Of a stretch of DNA of 64,000 nt, positions 37,431 through 52,895 are shown piece after piece. Made by a program: the position numbers and the translations under genes. The notes below the pieces were generated by a model. It saw only the letters and a list, made by a program, of their open reading frames with translations, was not told the DNA's origin and made no database searches. The stretch lies in sequence record ON568341.1, one strand, 5' to 3'. The stretch's first letter is position 1, and each line of letters opens with the position of its first letter.

Positions 37431-38148
37431 AAATAAATTTATACCATTTTGGATGATCCCTGCTCACTGGGGACTTTCTGGTAAGGCAAAAGAAATAGCC
37501 AAAGCATATTACTACAATGATGATTATGAAGCTGATATGAAGATTGCAGAATTGACATATCTAACTCCATATGAAGTTGAAGTAGCACAATTGGATATCA
37601 AAAAGAAATATGGTGTAATAGAAGAGTTAGAATATCTAATTGCTATACTAGATGTAGAATTGAAATATTCCAAAATTACTCGTGAACAGTATGATGTTAA
37701 AGTTCTTGATGCAAAATTGAGTACTGGTGCAATCACTGAAAAAGAATATGATATGGAAATCATCGAGCTAATGCCAGATGGTGATGAAAAAAGACTAAAG
37801 GCTATTGAATTTGCATATCGTTATGATGAAATCACACAAAGTGAATATTCTAAGGAAATATATACACTTCGAAAAGAGCCTTGGATTGATTTGAATGTGG
37901 TTCTTGACCCTGAAACAAATGAAGTTGAGTTTGTGTTTGATTATAATGAATATTTCTGGAAAAAACTGAAAGCGGAAGGTCATCCAGGTAATGACGAAGA
38001 AGAAATTATCGATAATTTTGTTAGAGACTTAGGTCGCAAACTTGCTACAGATGATTTCAGTGATGATTATGACGCAAAGTTGGTGAGTGTGAACGAAGGA
38101 TTAGACAAGCTACCTGGTTTACCTGAAGGATTTCGTTCATATAGATAA
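37423..38148 (+). CDS. Conserved hypothetical phage protein
   Basis: 241-aa ORF, IPFWMIPAHWGLSG N-terminus, coupled to groES. Confidence 0.7.
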   Translation: MAKNKFIPFWMIPAHWGLSGKAKEIAKAYYYNDDYEADMKIAELTYLTPYEVEVAQLDIKKKYGVIEELEYLIAILDVELKYSKITREQYDVKVLDAKLSTGAITEKEYDMEIIELMPDGDEKRLKAIEFAYRYDEITQSEYSKEIYTLRKEPWIDLNVVLDPETNEVEFVFDYNEYFWKKLKAEGHPGNDEEEIIDNFVRDLGRKLATDDFSDDYDAKLVSVNEGLDKLPGLPEGFRSYR

Positions 38149-38154
38149 AATATA

Positions 38155-38184
38155 AAAAGGAGAGCGTGTGCTCTCCTTTTCTTT
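38155..38184. terminator. Bidirectional terminator
   Basis: AAAAGGAGAGC-GTGT-GCTCTCCTTTT between convergent genes. Confidence 0.88.
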
Positions 38185-38193
38185 TGTAATATG

Positions 38194-38883
38194 TTAAACC
38201 AATGCTGGAAGATATTGGAATAGTTTAATACCGAAATCCCCTGCTGCATCAGCGGCCTGTGAACGTAGATAAACTTCAGTGACCCCATCTTTAGCAAGTA
38301 GTGGAACACCAGTTAGATCATCAATTAGTAGGCGACCTTCTTCATATTCAGTACTTGGAACGCCTTGTGGTGATTTTAGATCTTTGTTAAAAACACTAGC
38401 ACGTTCAACTAGGAATGTGATAACAGACGCATCATCAAGACTAACTTTACCAGCACTAATAACACCATCTGGTGCGTTGGTGAAACCAGTAACTGGAAAC
38501 ACTTCACTACCATTTCCTGCAATGTTGGATGTTGCAATAACAACTGCACGTTGTTGTACAACATCTACGATGCGTTTTACGTTAGTTTGTGCCGCATAGG
38601 ATGCATTGTAATCTGATTCTAGTGATTCTAGAACGAAAGCAGAACCATCAACACGCTTGATACCTTTATCATTTAGGTATGCTAGAATTTCTTCTGGGAT
38701 ATCAGTGTTTAGAAAACGTTGTAAACCTACATAAGAGGAAACTGCTCCTGTTACAAGAACGTTCACGTCACCAAGTTTACTAATAGCAATAGATGCTAGG
38801 GCGTTAGTACCACAAAAGTAACCTAGAATACGCTCAAATGAATACCCATTGATACGTTCAAAAGAAGTATTAGTATTTGACAT
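38194..38883 (-). CDS. Putative virion structural protein, paralogue B
   Basis: AGAGG SD, CTA-rich high-expression codon style, motifs shared with 38899-39498. Confidence 0.7.
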   Translation of the reverse strand: MSNTNTSFERINGYSFERILGYFCGTNALASIAISKLGDVNVLVTGAVSSYVGLQRFLNTDIPEEILAYLNDKGIKRVDGSAFVLESLESDYNASYAAQTNVKRIVDVVQQRAVVIATSNIAGNGSEVFPVTGFTNAPDGVISAGKVSLDDASVITFLVERASVFNKDLKSPQGVPSTEYEEGRLLIDDLTGVPLLAKDGVTEVYLRSQAADAAGDFGIKLFQYLPALV

Positions 38884-38898
38884 AATATTACCTCTCTA

Positions 38899-39498
38899 TT
38901 ATAGTTGAACTGGAAGAGCAGCACGTACTTTAATAGCTACAGCAGTAGATGCACCTGCATCACCAACACCATCAGTTCCTTGACTTACGAAAGTTTTAGT
39001 ACGAAAAACTTTAGCTTGTGCAATAGATTTAGCTAGGTCAACAGTTGGATCAACTGGAGCAGGACATGCAGAACCTGGACGAACTTCTTGTTTATTAAAT
39101 ACGTCTTGACGTTCACAGATGAAAGTCAATGCAACAGAGTTAGCACCACCTTTAACATCAGTACCGCTAGTACCAAATGCAACTACGTTTGGGTTAGCAT
39201 TTTTAAAATCTTCAGGAATAACAACTTCTGCATCAAGAGCAAGTAGTGAAGTCGTTACAAGAACAGCACGTTGCTGTAGTAGTTGAGTAACCATGAATAG
39301 GTTATATTGTGCATTGCTTAGTGCAGTTTGATATGCATCAGCTTGAGCATCAGAACCATCGGACACAACTTTAGTAGTACCGATTTCAACATCAGTTGGT
39401 AGGTCGATTACGATGGTTACAAAACCGTTGTTGCCACCCCACCATTCACGTGCAACACCAGACATACCATAGTTACGGTTAAAAGAATTAAGACTCAT
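38899..39498 (-). CDS. Putative virion structural protein, paralogue A
   Basis: AAGGAG SD, two upstream late promoters, 5' leader hairpin GCAGG/CCTGC. Confidence 0.7.
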   Translation of the reverse strand: MSLNSFNRNYGMSGVAREWWGGNNGFVTIVIDLPTDVEIGTTKVVSDGSDAQADAYQTALSNAQYNLFMVTQLLQQRAVLVTTSLLALDAEVVIPEDFKNANPNVVAFGTSGTDVKGGANSVALTFICERQDVFNKQEVRPGSACPAPVDPTVDLAKSIAQAKVFRTKTFVSQGTDGVGDAGASTAVAIKVRAALPVQL

Positions 39499-39543
39499 GA
39501 AAATCTCCTTGTCGAATTTTGTGCAGGTTCATCCTGCTTAAAG

Positions 39544-39620
39544 TTATTTATCAAAAAATATTCCTAGCATTTAAATTTACTGGAATAATTAATGAATTTC
39601 TATGATATTATTTATCAAAA
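39544..39620 (-). promoter_or_regulatory. Tandem late promoters (13-nt direct repeat TTATTTATCAAAA at 39544 and 39608)
   Basis: Both copies read TTTTGATAAATAA on the minus strand. Confidence 0.65.
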
Positions 39621-45972
<6,352 letters not shown>

Positions 45973-46060
45973 GTAAAACGTTGAAGGAACAATTAAGTTT
46001 CTGAAACATTGAAGCCAATTAACAAATAACAAAGAAACCCCAATATCAAGGAAGAAATAT

Positions 46061-47113
46061 ATGAAATCTCTAGCTGAAATTCGTGCACACCTAAAAGCAG
46101 AACAAGAAAAAGCAGAAGCTCAAAAGAATGGTACATTTACTGGCGAGCGTAAAGCTGATTCGTTCTTAGCTTTCTGGAACGTACCTTATAACGAACCACT
46201 AAACCTACGTTTTCTACCAGATGCAGATGAGTCTAACCCATTCTTCTGGCGTGAACGTGACATGATTAACCTAACTTTCAATGGTGTAGTCGGTATGCAC
46301 ACTGATAAAGTTACCGTTCAAGTGCCTTGTAATGAAATGTGGGTTCCTAAATCTTGTCCGGTACTGAAAGAAGTACGTCAATGGTTCCAAAGTGCGAATG
46401 AAACAGGGAATGAAGAGCTAAAAGCAATGGCTGGTCGTTACTGGAAGAAGAAAACCTATCTAATGCAATGTTTTATTGCCCCTGATAGTGTTGCAGTAAA
46501 AGACGACATTGCACCAGAAAATCCAATTCGTCGAATTCTGGCTAACAAAGATATCTTTGATAAAGTTAAATCTATCCTACTAAACCCAGGTATCAAAGAA
46601 TCACCAACTCACTACGTTCAAGGTCGTGATTTTGGTATTGTTAAAACTAAGAATGGTGGTGGTTATAATAGCTATGACATGTCACAATTCTCCATGTCAG
46701 AACGCCCACTCAACGAAGAAGAACTTGCAGCAATTGAAAAATATGGTCTATTCAATCTAAATGATTTTATGCCAAAACAACCAACTCCAGAAGAGTTAAA
46801 AGCAATTGAAGAAATGTTTGAAGCATCTGTAAATGGTGAAGCATATGATCCAGCACGTTGGGCATTTGCATATCGTCCAGCAGGTGTACCAAAACCTAAT
46901 ACTGGAACTGTTGCTGAATCAAAACCAACTCCTGCTCCAGCACAACAAGAGTCAGTACCTGCATCAGTAGCACCTACTGCACCAGTTACACCAGCACCAC
47001 AAGCTGCTCCAGTAACTCCAGCAGCTACTCCAGCAGTAACCACTCCTGAAGCACCAAAAGAACAACTATCTGCATCTGCACTAGTTGCTCGTTTGAAACA
47101 ACAAGGTAAATAA
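46061..47113 (+). CDS. gp32: Single-stranded DNA-binding protein
   Basis: LRFLPDAD, CPV, YWKKKTYL, GRDFGIVKT...YNSYDMSQF pattern; upstream of uvsX. Confidence 0.88.
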   Translation: MKSLAEIRAHLKAEQEKAEAQKNGTFTGERKADSFLAFWNVPYNEPLNLRFLPDADESNPFFWRERDMINLTFNGVVGMHTDKVTVQVPCNEMWVPKSCPVLKEVRQWFQSANETGNEELKAMAGRYWKKKTYLMQCFIAPDSVAVKDDIAPENPIRRILANKDIFDKVKSILLNPGIKESPTHYVQGRDFGIVKTKNGGGYNSYDMSQFSMSERPLNEEELAAIEKYGLFNLNDFMPKQPTPEELKAIEEMFEASVNGEAYDPARWAFAYRPAGVPKPNTGTVAESKPTPAPAQQESVPASVAPTAPVTPAPQAAPVTPAATPAVTTPEAPKEQLSASALVARLKQQGK

Positions 47114-47130
47114 TAGTTTTTGAAAAGGTA

Positions 47131-47160
47131 AGGGGCAACAGAGTTTGCCCCGTTTTATTT
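47131..47160 (+). terminator. Probable terminator
   Basis: GGGGCAA-CAGAGT-TTGCCCC then GTTTTATTT. Confidence 0.6.
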
Positions 47161-47182
47161 CATGAAATTCAAGGAGCGAATT

Positions 47183-48301
47183 ATGAAAATGACAAGTGGT
47201 TTTGCGAACATTCTTAAAAACAGTACTGGTAGTGTTAAAAAGAATACTGGTGTTAGTGTTGGTTTTCATGATCCAGATACATGGGTTAGCACTGGTAACT
47301 ATGCACTAAACTATCGTATCAGTGGATATTTTGACCGTGGTATCCCACTAGGAAAAGTAACTATGTTTGCTGGTGAATCAGGTAGTGGTAAATCTTTTAT
47401 CGTATCTGGTAACATTGCACGTGAAGCTCAAAAACAAGGCATCTTTGTTGTTATGATTGACACAGAGAACGCATTGGATTCTGATTGGCTTCAAGCACTT
47501 GGTGTTGACACTTCTGAAGATAAACTGTTGAAAGTCAATATGGGTATGATTGGTGACGTTGCAAAATTCACCTATGAGTTCATTGAAGGCTATCGTAAAG
47601 AATACGAAAATACACCTAAAGATGAACGTCAAAAAGTATTGTTTATTATTGATTCAATTGGTATGCTAAACACTGAAGTAGCCAATGATCAAATGAAAGC
47701 GGGTAATCTTAAAGGTGATATGGGTCATAAACCCAAACAGCTTAAAGCATATATCACAAACTGTGTAAACTCTATTGGTTCATTGAACATTGGCATGGTT
47801 TGTGTGAACCATTCATACGAATCTCAGGACATGTTTAACCCAGATCCTAAAGTTTCAGGTGGTAGTGGTTTGATTTATGCTTCATCTATGGTTATCGCAA
47901 TGGGTAAATTAAAACTTAAAGAAGATGAAGATGGAAATAAAACTTCCGAAGTAAATGGTATTCGTGCTAAATGTAAAGTCATGAAGACTCGTTACAACAA
48001 GCCGTTCGAAGATGTAGAAATTAAAATTCCTTGGGATAAAGGTATGGACCCACGTAGTGGTCTACTAGATATGTTTGAAAAATACGGTCTAATCACTAAA
48101 TCAGGTAACCGTCTATTGTATGTTGATATTGTAACTGGCGAACAGATTCTAAAATATCGCAAAGAGTGGATGCGTAATGAAGATTCATGTCTTGATTTGG
48201 TAATGCATCAATTTAAAAATCATCCTTTGATTGAAGAAGTTAAAGAAGAAGAAAAAGGTGATGAAACTTTTGGTACTGATGTTGATATTAGTGAGGAATA
48301 A
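47183..48301 (+). CDS. uvsX: RecA-like recombinase
   Basis: STGNYALN, AGESGSGKS, DTENA, IDSIG, GGSGLIY; start moved to 47183 after AAGGAG. Confidence 0.95.
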   Translation: MKMTSGFANILKNSTGSVKKNTGVSVGFHDPDTWVSTGNYALNYRISGYFDRGIPLGKVTMFAGESGSGKSFIVSGNIAREAQKQGIFVVMIDTENALDSDWLQALGVDTSEDKLLKVNMGMIGDVAKFTYEFIEGYRKEYENTPKDERQKVLFIIDSIGMLNTEVANDQMKAGNLKGDMGHKPKQLKAYITNCVNSIGSLNIGMVCVNHSYESQDMFNPDPKVSGGSGLIYASSMVIAMGKLKLKEDEDGNKTSEVNGIRAKCKVMKTRYNKPFEDVEIKIPWDKGMDPRSGLLDMFEKYGLITKSGNRLLYVDIVTGEQILKYRKEWMRNEDSCLDLVMHQFKNHPLIEEVKEEEKGDETFGTDVDISEE

Positions 48302-48762
48302 TGAAACCTTGGCATTGGATTATCAAAGATGATAAATCTAAAATTATTGAAATGATTGAGTTCTTTAACAAAGAAATTGAAGAGGCTCGTTGTGAAGTAA
48401 AGAAGATTGGCATCATTGAAAAAATTGCTCAAGAGATTCCTGGCTGGCATGAGACGCGTCTAAGCCAGCTTCAAGAACTTGAAGCAGTATTGGAAATGTT
48501 AGAAATTGAAATGCGTCAGATACAAGCCGAGAAGTTCAAATACTTTCTCGAAGGATACCGCCGTGCACTATCTTCATCTGACTGTAAAAAGTATGTTGAG
48601 GGTGATAAAGATGTTTGTGAGTTAGCAGAACTTATAAACGAGGTATCTTATATAAGAAATACATATTCCAGTATTGTTAAATCCTTAGAGATGAAAGCTT
48701 TTCAGTTAAACAATATTGTGAGACTACGTGCCGCTGGTATTGAAGATAGCCGACTTGACTAA
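48301..48762 (+). CDS. uvsY: Recombination mediator
   Basis: Helical, YLEGYRRALSSSD..KYVEGD pattern, follows uvsX. Confidence 0.8.
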   Translation: MKPWHWIIKDDKSKIIEMIEFFNKEIEEARCEVKKIGIIEKIAQEIPGWHETRLSQLQELEAVLEMLEIEMRQIQAEKFKYFLEGYRRALSSSDCKKYVEGDKDVCELAELINEVSYIRNTYSSIVKSLEMKAFQLNNIVRLRAAGIEDSRLD

Positions 48763-48775
48763 TATAAATTAAATA

Positions 48776-48806
48776 AAAGACAGTTTAAATAAAACTGTCT
48801 TTTTTG
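48776..48806 (+). terminator. Rho-independent terminator
   Basis: AGACAGTTT/AAACTGTCT stem with T-tract. Confidence 0.75.
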
Positions 48807-48821
48807 TTAGGTAATACGGTT

Positions 48822-49541
48822 ATGGGTGCAAATAATAAAAAGCAAACAACAGAACAATTTATAGAAAAATCAAAATCAATTTATGGTGATATATTCTTAT
48901 ATGATAAAACAGTATATGTGAATGTAAATTCAAAAGTTATTGTAACTTGTAAAATACATGGTGATTATGAGCAATTTGTTAAAGTCCATTACAACGGTGC
49001 TGGATGTACTAAATGTTCAAGACGCTCCAAACATACAACTGAAACCTTCATTGAGGAAGCTAATAAAATACATAATGATAGATATAACTATGATAAAGTT
49101 GTATATGGCAAAAACAACAAGCAAAAACTCACTATAACTTGTAAAATACATGGTGATTTTTTACAAAGAGCAAATGATCATTTATCAGGAAAGGGTTGTA
49201 TTAAATGTGCAATATCTAATAAAATGTCCAAGGCAGTTAAAGACATACGTGACGTTTTGGATATGAAAAATGTATCGTATGAAATGGAAAAAACGTTTGA
49301 TGATTGTAAAAATATACTTCCTTTGAGATTTGATTTTTATCTTCCAACGTTTAATATGTGTATTGAATACGATGGTCTTCAACATTTTGAATCATGTGGT
49401 TGGGGCGGTGAAGAAAAACTAAAACTAACTCAGAAAAATGATAAAATAAAGAATGATTATTGTATTCAAAATAATATTAAATTGTTGAGAATAAAATACG
49501 ATGAAGATCATATTAAAATTGTTCTAGAAAATATATCATAA
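48822..49541 (+). mobile_element. Free-standing putative homing endonuclease (Vsr/EDxHD-like core, duplicated zinc repeats)
   Basis: Two TCKIHGD...H..G.GC.KC repeats then LRFDFYLP...CIEYDGLQHF. Confidence 0.8.
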
Positions 49542-49563
49542 GGACGCATATCGCGTCCTTTTT
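49540..49563 (+). terminator. Rho-independent terminator
   Basis: AAGGACGC-ATATC-GCGTCCTT-TTT. Confidence 0.85.
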
Positions 49564-49581
49564 CTATGTGAGATTAAAAAA

Positions 49582-50400
49582 ATGACAAAATTAAATGAAT
49601 TCTTATCAAATATAGCAGTTCTTGATACTGAAACCACTGGTGTTGAAAGTGATGATGATATTATTGAATTTAGTATCTCATATCCATATACTTCACATGA
49701 AAACATTGATACTATTGATAACTATACATTGCGATATAAACCACTGAAAGATATTCCACCAGAAGCATCGGCTGTTCACTTTATCAGTACTGAGGATGTA
49801 GCTAATTGTGTTGGGTATAAAGATGATTTAGATAACATAGATGCACTTATGGGATGCCGTAAGTATTTTGTTGGTCATAATGTACAATTTGACCGTAGAA
49901 TGATGGTAGATAATGAATATAAATATCGTAACTCAGTTTCACAGTACTTACTCGATGAAGATAAATGGATTTGTACTCTTCGTTTGGCTAAGAAAATGTT
50001 TGCAGAAGATACCGAATATAAAAACTTAACTCTAAGTTATTTGTGGTATAAGTTTGGATGCCATCGAGATGTTCACAGACCTATTAATGCTCACGCGGCA
50101 AAAGATGATGTATTCATGTGTTATCAGGTTCTAATCAAATTGGTTGAAATTGCCATCGAACGTGGTCATATTGATTCCAATGGGGATATTGGTGAACAAA
50201 TAGTAGCTTTTTGTAACACCCCAATGCGTTATCAATTCATGCCATTTGGTAAACATAAAGGTGAGCCAATGAATACAGTACCATTGAATTACATTGAATG
50301 GATGATCACTAATAGTGACATTTTAGATGCAAGTAACCCTAACTGTGATAAAGATTTAGTATATACATTTGAGTACGAATATAATACTCGAACTAATTAA
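49582..50400 (+). CDS. DEDDh 3'-5' exonuclease (DnaQ/ExoX-like)
   Basis: LDTETTG, GHNVQFD, HAAKDD; C-terminal MPFGKHKG..VP.NYIEW. Confidence 0.9.
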   Translation: MTKLNEFLSNIAVLDTETTGVESDDDIIEFSISYPYTSHENIDTIDNYTLRYKPLKDIPPEASAVHFISTEDVANCVGYKDDLDNIDALMGCRKYFVGHNVQFDRRMMVDNEYKYRNSVSQYLLDEDKWICTLRLAKKMFAEDTEYKNLTLSYLWYKFGCHRDVHRPINAHAAKDDVFMCYQVLIKLVEIAIERGHIDSNGDIGEQIVAFCNTPMRYQFMPFGKHKGEPMNTVPLNYIEWMITNSDILDASNPNCDKDLVYTFEYEYNTRTN

Positions 50401-50415
50401 TAAAGGTAATCATGG

Positions 50416-51900
50416 ATGAAAACTTGTAAGTTAACCTTATTGGATGAGGTGAATTGTAAATTTGAGGGACTTGATCCCTCAATTAGACAAAAGATGATTC
50501 GTGCAACTGAATATGTGTTACCATATGCAAAGTTCACACCAGCAGGACGTATTGGACGTTGGGATGGTAAAGTTCAGTTTATGAATTTAGGTGGAACAAC
50601 TTATTATCATATGTTAGATAAGTTATTGCCTATTCTTGATGAAGCTAAGATTGACATTGAATTGGTAGATCATAGGGTAGATTATGGATTTAAATTTGAC
50701 CCTATTGATGAAGATATTTTTAGTGATGTTGTATTCGGTGCAGGACACCACATGGAAGGTAAATCCATAAAACTACGTGAACATCAAGTTAATGCGGTTA
50801 ATGCATGTTTGGCTAATCCACACGGATTACTATTGGCAGCTACTGGTGCAGGTAAAACACTCATTACTGCTGCATTGTCAAAGAAAGTGCAAGAGTATGG
50901 ACGTTCTGTTATAATAGTACCAAGTACTGACTTAGTACAACAAACATATGATGACTATATTATGTGTGGGTTGGATACTGGTATGTTCTATGGTTCACAA
51001 AAAGATTTTGGTCACCAACATACTATTACAACGTGGCAATCATTTAACTCTCTATGGAAGAAAACCAAGAAAGGTGAAATTGAATTAACTGAACAAGATG
51101 TTAATGATTTTATCGATGGAGTAGTTTGTGTTATCGTTGATGAGTGTCAAGGTGCAGGTGGTGACGCATTAGTTCAAGTACTATCTAAAGTTATGAACAA
51201 CGTACCATTACGTTGGGGTCTTACTGGTACAATTCCGAAAGATCCGGTTGTCGCCGCAAAAATCAAATGTAATGTTGGTGATGTTATATTTAAAATAACT
51301 GCAAAGGAATTACAAGATAAACAGATACTAAGTACATGTAATGTAAATTGCATAAAACTAAAAAGTAGTATGAAGTTTGCATCATATGCTGAAGAGTTGA
51401 AATACTTAGTAACTGACAGAGATAGAATGGCATATGTAGCATCATTGATATCTGCGTTATCTGAATCAGGAAACACTTTAGTTTTAGTAGATAGGCTTGA
51501 AGCGGGTGAGTTGTTATGTGAATTTTTAGGTATTCCCAAATCAGAATTTGTTCGTGGAGAAACTAAAAAGAAAGATCGAGAATCATCATATGGTGAAATT
51601 CGTTGGGCTGATAATAAAATACTTATTGCGACATACGGTGTTGCCAGTACTGGTATCAGTATTTCAAGGTTATACAATGTAGTATTGATTGAGCCAGGAA
51701 AAAGTTTTGTAAGAACTATACAATCAATCGGACGTGGATTACGCCGAGCAGAAGATAAAGACCATGTGGAAATATATGATATTAGTGGTTCTAATAAGTA
51801 TAGTGCAAAACATTTACGTGAACGTTTAGCATATTATAAGGAAGCACAATATCCGCATAGTATAATAGATGTTAAAGATTGGGAAAACACAGCGGGATAA
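50416..51900 (+). CDS. uvsW: SF2 DNA helicase UvsW
   Basis: ATGAGKT, VDECQ, GLTGT, STGISI, QSIGRGLR. Confidence 0.92.
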   Translation: MKTCKLTLLDEVNCKFEGLDPSIRQKMIRATEYVLPYAKFTPAGRIGRWDGKVQFMNLGGTTYYHMLDKLLPILDEAKIDIELVDHRVDYGFKFDPIDEDIFSDVVFGAGHHMEGKSIKLREHQVNAVNACLANPHGLLLAATGAGKTLITAALSKKVQEYGRSVIIVPSTDLVQQTYDDYIMCGLDTGMFYGSQKDFGHQHTITTWQSFNSLWKKTKKGEIELTEQDVNDFIDGVVCVIVDECQGAGGDALVQVLSKVMNNVPLRWGLTGTIPKDPVVAAKIKCNVGDVIFKITAKELQDKQILSTCNVNCIKLKSSMKFASYAEELKYLVTDRDRMAYVASLISALSESGNTLVLVDRLEAGELLCEFLGIPKSEFVRGETKKKDRESSYGEIRWADNKILIATYGVASTGISISRLYNVVLIEPGKSFVRTIQSIGRGLRRAEDKDHVEIYDISGSNKYSAKHLRERLAYYKEAQYPHSIIDVKDWENTAG

Positions 51901-51921
51901 ACCCGCTGTTTGTGATATAAT
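51892..51921 (+). promoter_or_regulatory. GCGGGATA-16-TATAAT promoter overlapping a hairpin
   Basis: ACAGCGGG/CCCGCTGT stem overlaps the upstream box. Confidence 0.55.
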
Positions 51922-51943
51922 GTGTCATATGTAAACAACAAGG

Positions 51944-52384
51944 ATGTGGAATAAAATGGAATTGAGATCTAGTATTGCTTTTGTCTGTGACCAAGAAACG
52001 TTAGAGGTTATGGATGTATTGTTGAATGATGATGGTATTATGGATGACATGGTGTCTTCTCTTGACTATATTCCTGAACTAGAAACGGATGATACTAACG
52101 TATGGAGATGTAACATTGATGGCGATTCGTGGATTAATATCTATGAATTACAAACACGAATTGATTCTAAGGTTGAATCATTGAAATATGATATCATCTA
52201 TGCAAGTACTGATACAAAAACTTTTATTGATGTAGTAAGTCTAAGTGGTAATTTTGATTCATATCTTGATACTGATGTGGATAAAATTCAAGAGATGTGT
52301 GATACATACGGACTTGAATTTTATGGTGCAGAAGATTTGGATGACGAAGACTATTACGATGATGAAGAAGAATCACAGTACTAA
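51944..52384 (+). CDS. Acidic hypothetical protein
   Basis: 146-aa ORF; start 51944 or 51956. Confidence 0.65.
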   Translation: MWNKMELRSSIAFVCDQETLEVMDVLLNDDGIMDDMVSSLDYIPELETDDTNVWRCNIDGDSWINIYELQTRIDSKVESLKYDIIYASTDTKTFIDVVSLSGNFDSYLDTDVDKIQEMCDTYGLEFYGAEDLDDEDYYDDEEESQY

Positions 52385-52393
52385 GGAGACGAT

Positions 52394-52891
52394 ATGAACG
52401 TATTAACACCAGAAAATACATCTTTTGATATGGATTTAGTAACAGAACATATCCCTGAAGAAATGTATTGTGTTTTGGATTTAAGTCCAAATGGTGAATC
52501 TGATTTTTATTTTAGACATATTCTAAACACCGTATCATTTAATAGTATTAGTGCTGATCTTCAAATTGGTGAAAAGATTATTCAAGTGCCTTTAGGATGG
52601 CAAATTATGTTAGGGGATGAAGAAACTGGTATGGTTGAGATGTGCACAATTGAAAACATTCTCAACATGAAAGAACCAAAAGCTTTTGTTTATAATCCTA
52701 TCCGTTCGATGTATCCTAAGTTTGAGCCAGTAAAAGTACTACGTGTATTTGCTTTAACAACTAAGTGGCAAATTCCAATGCTACCGAAAAAGAATTTACT
52801 CTGTGTGCCGTTACATAGTGGTGAAAATCCACCATGTGTGTACTTTGCAGATGAAAATGAAAAAATTCAAGATTTGTATCTAGGAGTATAA
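52394..52891 (+). CDS. Conserved hypothetical protein
   Basis: AAGGAG SD; QVPLGWQIMLGDEE and KWQIPML motifs. Confidence 0.7.
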   Translation: MNVLTPENTSFDMDLVTEHIPEEMYCVLDLSPNGESDFYFRHILNTVSFNSISADLQIGEKIIQVPLGWQIMLGDEETGMVEMCTIENILNMKEPKAFVYNPIRSMYPKFEPVKVLRVFALTTKWQIPMLPKKNLLCVPLHSGENPPCVYFADENEKIQDLYLGV

Positions 52892-52895
52892 AATA

